A stretch of DNA of 64,000 nucleotides. It comes from Octopus bimaculoides (Eukaryota). A model generated the notes under the pieces. The model was given only the letters and a program-made list of their open reading frames with translations, made no database searches and was not told the origin of the DNA. Location: NCBI RefSeq assembly GCF_001194135.2, contig NC_068987.1:30187085-30251084 (forward strand), read 5' to 3'. Position numbers and translations under genes: made by a program. Below, one piece after another: positions 13,188 through 24,166 of this stretch (positions within the stretch are counted from its first letter, which is position 1; each line of letters opens with the position of its first letter).

Positions 13188-15177
13188 NNNNNNNNNNNNN
13201 NNNNNNNNNNNNNNNNNNNNNNNNNNNNNNNNNNNNNNNNNNNNNNNNNNNNNNNNNNNNNNNNNNNNNNNNNNNNNNNNNNNNNNNACATGTATGTACA
13301 TACCTACATCTACATGTATATATAAATGCATATCTGGATACAGGACTTCGCAAAAAATGTGGACAAAATGATAAACAGTACAGAAAACACACAGGCCAAA
13401 TAGAGAACATTCCCTTCATCAGCTGCCACCATTCTAAAACTAAGCGTTAGGGCTGTTACACGCATAAATGAGGGAGGGAGGGGGAGAGAGAGACCAATAT
13501 TGAAAAAAACTTCTGTAAAGATTTTTGTGTGTAAATTTGAATGTTACTAGGTCAATGGAGTAACGAGTCGCCATAAGAGGAATCCAACTGAGCAGATATG
13601 GAGATAATGATACAAGTAAACATAAAACCACTTGGGCTCGATATACAAAATATACATGTACTCATGTAAATAGAGAGAAAATAAAGACTAAAAATATATT
13701 CAGATGAACATTCACGTATAGATATTTATTATATTACCATATTAAACTTATGCAGTACAAAGACCCATAAAATTAAGGGGAGAAGGTATGGTGTTACAGG
13801 TCCAACAGCTGTGTCTGGGGGCTGTGTAAACACGCACACACACACACACACACACTGTACTGGACATTGTTGGTTTGGCTCATGTCAGACTTGACCCAAC
13901 AGTACAAATTAATACAAAGCAAATTAGTACAGAAACAGTACAAATTAGGCATGACCCACAAATCCATTCTCCCCTTGAAATCATGTCACTGTTTAGCTGA
14001 GAACCACACTACACTCCAACATGCATTGATAAATTGCATAGTGAAGCATTCTCCACTGTCTGGTCTATTTCTGTACTCAAATTCTGATAGCAGCTTTACT
14101 AGAGGTGGATTCGGTCTAAGCATAACAATTGCTGCTGTTTGTGTTCTACATCTCAGGAGTGCAATATAATTTCAAGGTGATTTGGTTGCTATTTCTTAGA
14201 GGGATTAGATATAGAAGCTCTTTCATTAGCTAAATGGTGGTGGTCACTGTTATTACTGATTAGCTCCACATTAGCTCTGAACAGGTGTATGATTAATGAC
14301 ATTCCAGCTATGAGCATCCCCTCATTTTTCAGTTCAAGACCACAGAAGCTTGTGTAGCTTTTTTTTTTTTTTTCAAAGACAGTATTATTTCGCTATTTCT
14401 CGCAAGTATCTTGCAATAATCAATGTGTATATAGTAGAGGTAGTAAGTGGTAGTCAATGTGTAATATACAGGTGGTTGGGGAGTGGTGGTCCTTGCAGGT
14501 ATGTATTTGATGGTGTGCAACAGCAGTCATTTTAGTCCTCTACACTCCTTTCTGACTACAGTAGAACATTGCTTTCTTTTTAAAGAATTAACAAATCAAT
14601 ATATATATCTGGTACCATTTCAGTAAGTTAGTTATATGAAAATAGCCTAAGAACATCAATCACACCAGCATGACCAGTGTGGGAAAGTCTGAAAAAGCCA
14701 TGGGAAAATTTCCTCTTTCTCAGAATATATTATTCAAATAAAACCCCAATTTCCATTTGAAATGATCATTTAATGGTGTGTATAAATAATGGTAATTTGT
14801 GGGGTAATATATAGTTTTCTGTTGAATGTTATTTACATGTCAGTTTCTATTGTTAGATTTTCTATATTGATATTTTGTTGGTGACTTCGTTCAGGTGTTA
14901 GATCTTGGGGCTGAGTCCAGAGTTCCCTAAGCTCTGCCAGTGGTAGGTGACTTTGAACACACTTATTCATATATAATGAATGATTATTGTACAATATTGT
15001 TGTGGCTGTGTGTTAAGAAATTTGCTTCTCAACACTACATGGTTTGGGGTTCAGTCCCACTGTCTGGCACCTTGGGCAAATATCTTCTAGAAACCAGAAC
15101 TGAACAAAACCTTGTGAGGTGATTTAGAAGAAGGAAACTGAAAGAAGCCAATTTGTGTGTGTATGTGTGTTGTCATT

Positions 15178-15350
15178 GCCATCATTTAATGTCTGTTTTC
15201 CATTCTGGTATGGGTTGGATGAATTAACCAGAGCTGGTAAGACCAGAGGCTGCACCAGGCTCCATTGTCTGTTCTAGTATAGTTTCTACAGCTAGATGCC
15301 CTTCCTAATGCCAGCCACTCCACAGTGTACTGGATGCTTTTTATATGACA
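15178..15350 (-). mobile_element. Short RTE-family 3' tail. Further degenerate copies at about 30410-30560 (-), 56320-56455 (+) and 62750-62945 (-)
   Basis: All share the tttccat(g/t)ctgg(c/t)atgggttgga and ggatgcccttcctaatgcca motifs. Confidence 0.7.
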
Positions 15351-15539
15351 CCAGTACGAGTATCGATTCTGTTTTGGTGATGTATATATATATATCACCA
15401 TTTAACATGTATATATATATATATTGCAAACTGCTGTATATATTAATTTCATGTATACACAATAGTGAATTGTTAAATCATCAGTTAATTTGGATGACAA
15501 AAACATAGATACTAATAGAGAAGCAAGACCAGAAAAGCT

Positions 15540-15815
15540 GAGCTTTCGAGCCGGTCTTAACTGATGAGGCAATGGAAATTGCTCCACTTACTCCATTCAG
15601 AACAGAATGGAGTAAGTGGAGCAAGAAATACACATGAAAACGAAAAGTGTTGCTGAAAAGGTCACAGATGTGTGACGAAAGATTTCTGGACAATGGACAC
15701 GAGTTAAAATAATAGAATAAGAACAGTAATAAATGAGTGAAGGAAAAAATATATATATATAGTGCATGTGTTTATTTGGCAAAAGGGGAAAAAATTACCG
15801 TTCCGAATATAACAA

Positions 15816-15820
<5 letters not shown>
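15540..15820. promoter_or_regulatory. CpG-retaining patch, possible promoter or first-exon region
   Basis: Seven CpGs in about 280 bp by hand count, between CpG-poor flanks and next to a (CT)n tract. No transcript evidence is available. Confidence 0.25.
15579..15624. other. Perfect 20-bp inverted repeat with a 6-nt loop
   Basis: TTGCTCCACTTACTCCATTC-AGAACA-GAATGGAGTAAGTGGAGCAA. Confidence 0.95.
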
Positions 15821-15872
<52 letters not shown>

Positions 15873-15975
15873 TTCTCTCTCTCTCTCTTTCTCTCTCTCT
15901 CTTTCTCTCTCTCTNNNNNNNNNNNNNNNNNNNNNNNNNNNNNNNNNNNNNNNNNNNNNNNNNNNNNNNTCTCTT

Positions 15976-16036
<61 letters not shown>
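15818..16036. repeat. (CT)n/(CTTTCT)n microsatellite with an internal gap
   Basis: Direct inspection. Confidence 0.95.
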
Positions 16037-16042
<6 letters not shown>

Positions 16043-18879
16043 TTCCTTGACTTCACACAATGGTTGTAAAATAAATAAGTGTCCTCATCATTCAAGCAGT
16101 GTCCTTCATTCCTATTCATCCATGAAAACCTGTCTAGTCTTGTTAGTCCTGGTGACAAGACGAACATCTGCCCATAGAAAACTTCACCTCAGTAAATTCC
16201 GTCCAACCCAGGCAAGCATGGAAAATTGGACAGTGAAGATGATGATTGTTGTTTAGCCCGAGTTAAGCCAGGCCAGACATTCCAGTTGTGACCATCCCAT
16301 TATTTATTCAGATATCTCAGACTGCACTATCCAATGTGACCACACTAGGGTGTGATTTGGGGGGAAATTTGGTGGTTAGTTCTAGCAGACTTGTAACCAT
16401 GTGTTGGTACTCTTGCTGACTTTCAATGCTTAATGCTAACAGGGGTTGAGTGTGACATCAGCAGAGTGCAGTTAGATATGTTAACTGTATGTGTGAGTAA
16501 GAAAGAGAAACAATTATGAGAAGCCACACTAAATGAACAGGATGTACTGACTAAATGGTTAACATATCCAATTGTCACATACTATGGTAACACTCATATA
16601 CACATGTTTGTGTTTGTAAATGTGTAAATCTACAGTTGTATAATATATATTTATACCTGTGTGTGTATCTCTCTCTCTCTCTACTGGTAGTTTCAGATGA
16701 CCTGCTATTGACTAAACTGGGGATATAACTCCTCTCATGACATCAAATGTGTCTATGGCACAGACCCACAAACTATACAACACCTATTGAGAAGCCTTCT
16801 AATGCAAAAAACATGCATTTCTGTTGACCTTGCTGTGAAGAAATGTGTTTAGTTTTGACTGAATATAATATAGCACTAACGTTGATGTATTATATTAAAC
16901 ACGATAAGCACTAATTTGAGGCAGAAAATAGAAAGTCTTAAAATTCTCATTTAGTTGACTTCTTTAGTTTAAGACTATTTTGTTTTTCAGTTGCTGAATG
17001 AGTTTGTAATAGAAACTTTCATGTAGATATAGTTGATAAAAATATGTGCTTAGCTGACTAATAGTAGAAGTGTTATCACCAAAGCAAGATTAGGCATAAC
17101 CAGAAAAAATATTGTTATAACATTTAAAAGAATCTATTTAAAGTTTATCAGATTAGCCATGTTGAAAGACACTCTTAAGGATTAAATTGTTGTTATTCAG
17201 CTCTAGGTCAACTTTGAGCAGAGCTATAGTCAAAGGCGATTCAGCTGTGACCATTTAGAGACCTCTAGGACTACATTATCTATGGCATTTGAAGGAACTT
17301 TGGCTTATATTTTTTGCATGTTGAGAAACCATTCAAAGACTCTCTTGTCGCCTTATGATAAGCTGTTTCTTAATTATTTAGGTTGGGCACTGTACCTCCT
17401 CCCCTGACTAAGTCCTTATGGCTCCTCACTTGTAAGATCACTGCAGCCTTTGCAGAGAGGGAACCGGAGGCAGAGGATGTTAAGCAAATTGTCTAATTTG
17501 AATGCCTGCAACTAAGTGAACTTTATCAAAGGCCATTCAGGGGTCAGACCTAGTTGAGTAAATATCAATATATTTTTAGCACCTATGTTGGTGACTCTTC
17601 CTGTATGAACAATGTGAATCCTGTTGAGATTTGATCTTAGAACATTGAGACACCAAACTAAATACTTTAAACCTTTCACTGTGAAATTAAATTTCATTAT
17701 TCCATTAATAATGTTAAATATATACCAAAAATAGAATTGGTATTTTCTGCCTAATTAAACTTGACGTAACTAAAAATAGTTTCAAACATGACAATCCTCA
17801 ACAAAAAGTTAAATTTGTATATAAATCTGCTTTTCACAATCGAGGATAATAGAATTTTGAGTGGATATATATATATGTGTGCTTTCTGCAGTAAAATTAA
17901 GGTATTTAACAGTTATTGTCTTGTCTGTTCATTAAAACATGAACTTTTATAATTTCTTTTTGAGTTGACACAAAGATAATCATATTACTGGTGAAGTGTG
18001 AGGTGTGGCCATTGAGTGGGTTGAGCTTTCTATATACGGTATTTTTTTTTTTTTTCAACCCCAGAAGTATGAAAGGTAAAGTTGGCTCTAAGATTTGCCC
18101 TTTAAATGTTGAGAGGAAAAACTAAATACTGTACCACTCTCTCACAATATTATTTATACCAACTCCTTTCACCTGCTATTGGTTAAAATTCTCTTGGTTC
18201 CAGGCAACATGGTTGCTTGATGGTCTAATATTAGCCACCATATTGCATTTAAATCACACTCTACTATTAAAAAAAAATAATGGGAAGGCAACGTTGGATA
18301 CTGTTGTCGAGATACAAAAAAGAGATGGTCATGCCTGGAATAACTTTTGATCATAGGTTTGCTTGAACAGCATTGATCTACAATTAAACAATGTCTGTTG
18401 AAGTCATTGTTGACAGATTTAGAAATGCCTTATTACTTTTTAAAAATTGTGATTAAAATATCTGAGTAATGGAGACATGAAAAAAATTGTCAAATTTAGC
18501 CCAAACACCCTGTACCTGTATTGTAAATAGTATGACATCTTAAGTACAACTTGCTGCTGTAAATAGTATTGCATGGGAAACACAATTTGCTGTTTTATTT
18601 CATGTCAACACTCTATTTGACGAGTTCTTTGTTGGTTTATGGTATTCACTTCAACTCTGTGATAACAGCTTGAAGAGATTTGATTCTTATAAATTGATAG
18701 TCTCTAATGAATTAATAGTATTAGTGGACTGCCAGACAAGCATCTTATAGTATTTACTTTCATTCTTCTGCATTAGTAGTACAAATCCCTGTGTTGACTT
18801 AGCCATTCAGTCATCTAGGACTTATGAGAGCTAGTGATATACAGTATTGATGCCATTTTCAACTTCCTCTCCTTTGAAC

Positions 18880-19030
18880 CAGTAAGGGAGCCTCTACACA
18901 GTTGCTTGCTCAACCTGCTAGAAATAGCAGCCTAACCTCTCTAAACTTACTCCCTACTTTCTTTGAAAGAGCACGTTAGATAATGTAGTCCAAGATAGAC
19001 TAAAATGATGGGTTGCTGATTAGCTGTTGG
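18880..19030. repeat. Unclassified interspersed repeat. Copies in both orientations at about 16260-16400, 20370-20430, 24990-25110, 26970-27130, 33060-33190, 41870-42000 and 49000-49160
   Basis: Shared motif ctgctagaaatagcagcc(a/t)aa, or its reverse complement tttggctgctatttctagc, plus a gatggtca(c/t)agctgga-like end. Confidence 0.6.
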
Positions 19031-19134
19031 TCAACTTTGGTCCAGTCGACCTATGATCAAACATGTTCCAGCTATGACTGGGTCTTTTTAAGAATATCTT
19101 GGACTACATTGTCAAATGTATTATTTTTTAAAGA

Positions 19135-20365
19135 ACAGATGATTGCGCTGGTATGGTCATGTGATGTATATGGACAAAGACAGCCGTACAAAAAAAAAAG
19201 TGCCAATCTGTAACTGTACAGGGTACCTGTGGCAGAGGTAGACCTAGGAAGACGTGGCAGAGGTAGACCTAGGAAGACGTGGCAGAGGTAGACCCAGGAA
19301 GACGTGGCAGAGGTAGACCCAGGAAGACGTGGCAGGGGTAGACCCAGGAAGACGTGGCAGGGGTAGACCCAGGAAGACGTGGCNNNNNNNNNNNNNNNNN
19401 NNNNNNNNNNNNNNNNNNNNNNNNNNNNNNNNNNNNNNNNNNNNNNNNNNNNNNNNNNNNNNNNNNNNNNNNNNNNNNNNNNNNNNNNNNNNNNNNNNNN
19501 NNNNNNNNNNNNNNNNNNNNNNNNNNNNNNNNNNNNNNNNNNNNNNNNNNNNNNNNNNNNNNNNNNNNNNNNNNNNNNNNNNNNNNNNNNNNNNNNNNNN
19601 NNNNNNNNNNNNNNNNNNNNNNNNNNNNNNNNNNNNNNNNNNNNNNNNNTGGGAAGGGGCAGGCCCAGGAGGACGTGGGAAGGGGCAGGCCCAGGAGGAC
19701 GTGGGAAGGGGCAGGCCCAGGAGGACGTGGGACGGGGCAGGCCGAGGACGGCGTGGGACGGGGCAGGCCGAGGACGACGTGGGACGGGGTTGTGAAGCGT
19801 GATCGTCGAACATTTGGCCTCATGGAGGCAATGACTAGTGACTGAGACCTTTGGCAATACACCATGGTTTAGAAGGCTCATCAATCCAAGTGAAATCATA
19901 GTTGTAACTGATGCTGGTATCATGTGACCGGCACCCATGCCTGTAGCATGTAAAAAAACACCTTTTGAGTATTGGGCCTCACAGAGGCAATGTAGCTGAT
20001 GCCGTTGTCACATGACTAGCACCCGTGCTGGTGGCATGTAAAATGCACTTTTCAAGCATTGGGCCTCATGGTGACAATGACAAATGATTGAAACCTTTGG
20101 CAACATGCCATGCTTGAGTAGAAGACCCATCAAGCCAAGTGAAATCATAGTTGTGGCAGATACTGGTGTCATGCCACTGCCACCTGTGCCAGCAGCACGT
20201 AGAAGCACCCATTACACTCTTGGAGTGGTTGGCATTAGGAAGGGCATCCAGCTGTAGAAATCAAGCCAAATCAAACTGGAGTCTGGTGTAGCCTCTCGGC
20301 TTACCAGCTCTGGTCAAACTATCCAACCCATGCCAGCATGGACAATGGATATTAAATAAGGATGA
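19135..20365 (+). mobile_element. 5'-truncated RTE-clade LINE (RT C-terminus plus 3' UTR) with internal minisatellite
   Basis: Encodes LRWYGHVMYMD..QGTCGRGRPRKTW..DGVVKRDRRTFGLMEAMTSD. The 3' UTR contains internal repeats and ggagtggttggcattaggaagggcatccagctgtagaaa, shared with other copies in the window. Confidence 0.85.
19231..19789 (+). repeat. G-rich minisatellite: six 25-bp units left of the gap and five 26-bp units right of it
   Basis: Left unit is ggcag(a/g)ggtagacc(t/c)aggaagacgt (19231-19380). Right unit is tgggaaggggcaggcccaggaggacg and variants (19650-19779). The N gap spans 19384-19649. Confidence 0.95.
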
Positions 20366-20782
20366 AGGGATGTGATTTGAGGGAGATTCGGCTGTTATTT
20401 CCTGCTGGTTGAGTGAACAAAAGGCTCGGAAGAAATGCTTAGTTAATGTATCTGCATATTTCAATCTCTTAAAGTAGGTTAGTTACAGATGTGATGGAAA
20501 ATTTTGGCATCAAAAAGTTATCAAAACAGCTATCTTAGACTGTTTTTTTAAAATTTTTCTTTTACTCTCCCCATTGCTGCCCTCTTGCAGAGGCCTCTGT
20601 TTGTAGGCAGCTGGATTGTGCTTGATTGAATGCCAAATATTTTTTCATATTTCTTTAGGAATTATAGATGATATAAAGGAAACTTTTCTCATTTAAATCT
20701 GATTTTAAAAATACAAAACACCTTTTTGTCTTGAATATTGATTCGGATGTGTGTATGTTTACATTTGATATATGTGTGTGTG

Positions 20783-20825
<43 letters not shown>

Positions 20826-21163
20826 GCACGCACGCACGCATGTATGCATATAAATGAAACATTGAGATGCTAAAATATTGTCTGCAATTTTAAATTCTGT
20901 TTTGGAGATCCAGGGCCGGTTGAGCATTCATTAAGATCAATTTAATTAAGTTTGTTTGTTCATCTGTAATGAAAGAATTTGACTTTTAAAAAGTTACTTC
21001 AACCATGTGTAGTATTCCTAAACACACGAGCTTAAATCTGTTGCTTTTAGAATAAATTTGCTTTAACAGATTCAGTATCTCTTTTTATAATTACATCTGA
21101 ATTTAAGTGTGGTGTGTTGCAAATTACATATACAGTTCTATAGTTAAGAGATGAGGAATTATG

Positions 21164-21438
21164 TACATTATTTACATTTGACGAATATTTGTCCTCATCT
21201 TGTTTGTTGTTAACACAACATTTTGGCTGATATACCTTCCAGCCTTGATCAGGTGTCTTGGGAAAATTTCGAACCTGGGTTCTCATTCCTAAGGTATTTT
21301 TCGATGTTATTATTAGGAATGAGAACCCAAATTCGAAATTTTCCCAAGACACCTGATCAAGGCTGGAAGGTATATCAGCCGAAATGTTGTGTTAACAAAC
21401 AAGATGAGGACAAATATCCGTCAAATGTAAATAATGTA
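21164..21438. repeat. Inverted repeat with arms of about 129 and 126 bp and a 20-nt spacer, each arm holding a degenerate minimal hammerhead-like motif (Penelope pseudo-LTR-like)
   Basis: Arms 21164-21292 and 21313-21438 are reverse complements apart from about 4 mismatches and one 3-bp indel. Confidence 0.95.
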
Positions 21439-22911
21439 AAGTACATATAGTTTAATATTTCTAATTTACAATTTTTCTCTCTTATGTTTGTGTATTCAGC
21501 ACCATATTTTGGTGAATGCACTCTTTTAGATTATACTTTTCTATTTTGAGTTGTCACAATTGAGGATATCTAGAATGTACTAATGTGAGAAATTATCTTC
21601 TGATTTCCTCTCTTATTCCTGAATTTTTATGAATTCAATTCAGAATTGTACTGGAAACATTCAAATTAGTCTGTGGAACTAACTTTATGATGATGTAAGA
21701 AGGGGAAAACCTTGTCACTCTTACATCAACAACTTGATTGTAGAGACACTGGTCTGGAATGTATCTAGGACCTCAAGGCAGTGATGTGGGACCAAGAAGT
21801 GCAGCAGGTGGACTTTGTTGCTGTGGCCCAGGTTGGAACCTGGCCATAAGATAAGATTAATGAAGTGAGAATGGTGTATCCAGGACCCTATAAGTGTGGA
21901 GTTCAACTCTTCTCTAATAAACCCCACCCCCACAAAAAAAAAAAAAAGAAAGCTCCAGCTTTCTTGAAGTTTGAGTTCTCTCCCTACTAGGTCTGAAAAC
22001 AGTCTTTGTTCCACCTTGCCAAATTTAAGTTGGAGGCTTTAATTGCATCACCTCATTTTAAAGACATTTTTAGTTGTCTGCATTGCTTTTGCTTACTTTG
22101 GTTAACCATTGTTTAATAATGCTTGCCTCAGCTTAATAGGAGTGTAGTCTCAATTATGTTTACACCCCACCATACCAAGTTACCACTTCTATGTAAATAT
22201 TTAGTGCTGTCTTAAGGTGAAACTGCATCTTTGGATTTGCTTATGCCACATTTTGATTCCTTCCTGTCACTTCTTTCAAATGCAGTTAGCATTCTAAAGT
22301 AAAAACAGAACATTTATTTTTACTGTGGATGTGAAACATATGTTGCAAGTGAAGGGTGTAAACTGCCTCAACTATCCTTATAGTAGTAAGTGGTATTGAT
22401 TCCATTTCTGGGGCATGATATCTTTGTTGTTGTACCTAATACCAGGTATCACTTTGGGTATGGTTTAATTAAAATATCAAACTGTTTTCATTTCCTGCTA
22501 ATTCTGTGATGGTTTTAGAAACTTCCCTTAGCAGCAGCTGATTTTCATCTTCAACAATGATTTTGGATCACATTTGAAACTGTGCAGTTTATTTATAAAC
22601 TAGAATACCCACCCCATAACTATATTAATAGTATAATGTAGGAAAATGAATTGGTTTACTTTGGATTCTTGAAAGAGGTCTTACATGATCAAATTAACAG
22701 GAATTTTAATTAGCTCATTAATAAAGATAAGTATGAGTTTTGATAATTTGCAGTGTTGTAGCATATCTCATTGTTTTGGTTTCAAACCTTGTTGGGGCCC
22801 ACTTTGCTTGCCCACTCAGAGCAGCTGTCTGCACTTGCTTTCATAAAGATAAAGTTTGTAGTAAGAATATAAACTGGTTTTACTTTTACCTTTTTTGGTT
22901 TGTAGTTAATA

Positions 22912-24166
22912 CAAAGGTTGGCTTGAAAGTTCATAGGCTGACTAAGATCCTCTCATGGAATGTGACCAAATGAGGTTTATTTTTCAACATAGTCTCCCTT
23001 GCAATCTACACACTTCTTCCATCGGTGTTACTGTGCCTGGATCCCATTGGTGAACAATTTGATAAAAAAAAAGTTACCAGTAGCAGACATGACATTGTCA
23101 TCACTGTGATGCTGATTCCCGGCCAAGCGTTGTTCATGTTGGGGAACATGATAGTCAGATGGGGCTAAATCAGGAAAATAGAGAAGGTGATCAGCCAGTT
23201 GAAAGCCATAGTCATGTACAGCAGCCATTAAAACCTAGGTCTTGTGTGCTAGAGCATTGTCCTGATGAAACAAGACTCCTTTCAACAGTTTTCCTGAGTG
23301 TTTGGTACTGATGACCTTTTGTTACTGCTTCAACAAGTTGGTATAGTAGTCTCCATTGATGGTGTGGCCCTTTTGAATAAACACAATGCCTTTTGCATCC
23401 TGCAAAACTGAGACCATCACCTTCCCTGCAGATGAAATGTCTTTGGCCTTCTTTAGAGCAGGTGAGGAGGAGTGTTTCCATTGCATGGATTGTCTCTTTG
23501 TCTCTGGCTCAAAGTGATAAGGCCAACACTCACCCTGGGTTAGGAAACGTTCAAGGAAACCAGCTGGATCTTCCTCAAACAATGTCAAATTTTCCCATGA
23601 TGTGATCAACTTAGTGCACTTTTGATTTGGTGAAAGAAGATGTGGCACCTACTGAGCAGAAACATTTGTCATGCCAGGTTCACTGTGCAGAATATTCTCA
23701 ACTCTCTCACAGGATATTCTAATAGCATTGGCTATTCGATATATAGTCAGTTGCCTACCATTCATCATGATGTAGTAAATGTGATCAATGTTTTCCTTTG
23801 TGGTGGCAGTTGCAGGACATCCAGACTTTAGGTCATCTTCAAAACTCTCCTTTCCTCTCCTAAATTTAGCTACCCACTTTCTTGCACTGTTGATAAAGCT
23901 GGAGTATCATCCCCTAATGTAGCAACCATGTCAGCATGAATGTCCTTGGTGGCTAAATCCTTTTTCTGCAGCTATTTGATAACACCATGATGCCAAATTT
24001 TGTCCTGCTACTAATTACTTTTGAGGTTATCTTTGAACAGTCAGATGTGAATTTACCTAGAAGAAACAATGCAGTTTTCAAGAAGAGTAGAAATTAATGC
24101 ATGCAAGATTTCACAGCTCTAGTATCACACCTTCATAGTCAGTCTATAAACTGTATTTACCTCAAT
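22912..24166 (-). mobile_element. mariner (DD34D-type) transposon, about 1.25 kb, decayed
   Basis: Minus-strand fragments read PHLLSPNQK, FLERFLTQGECWPYHFEPETKRQSMQWKH, AGKVMVSV and YFPDLAPSDYH. The terminal caaaggttggcttgaaagttcataggctgac follows TA at 22910, and a degenerate inverse copy (gtcagtctataaact) lies at 24138-24152. Confidence 0.88.

Noticed and set aside
15522-15590. CTGATGAG with nearby GAAA as a possible hammerhead
   Set aside because: No permutation (type I, II or III) gives correctly placed stems I and II.
15572-15611. ATG..GGA|gtaagt as KIF21 first coding exon
   Set aside because: It encodes MEIAPLTPFRTEW with phase 1. The next exon needs phase 2 and a preceding V.VA(V/L)R motif.
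19231-19789. Regular 25-26 bp repeats as a CRISPR array
   Set aside because: The units are directly adjacent with no unique spacers, and they derive from LINE coding sequence in a eukaryotic genome.
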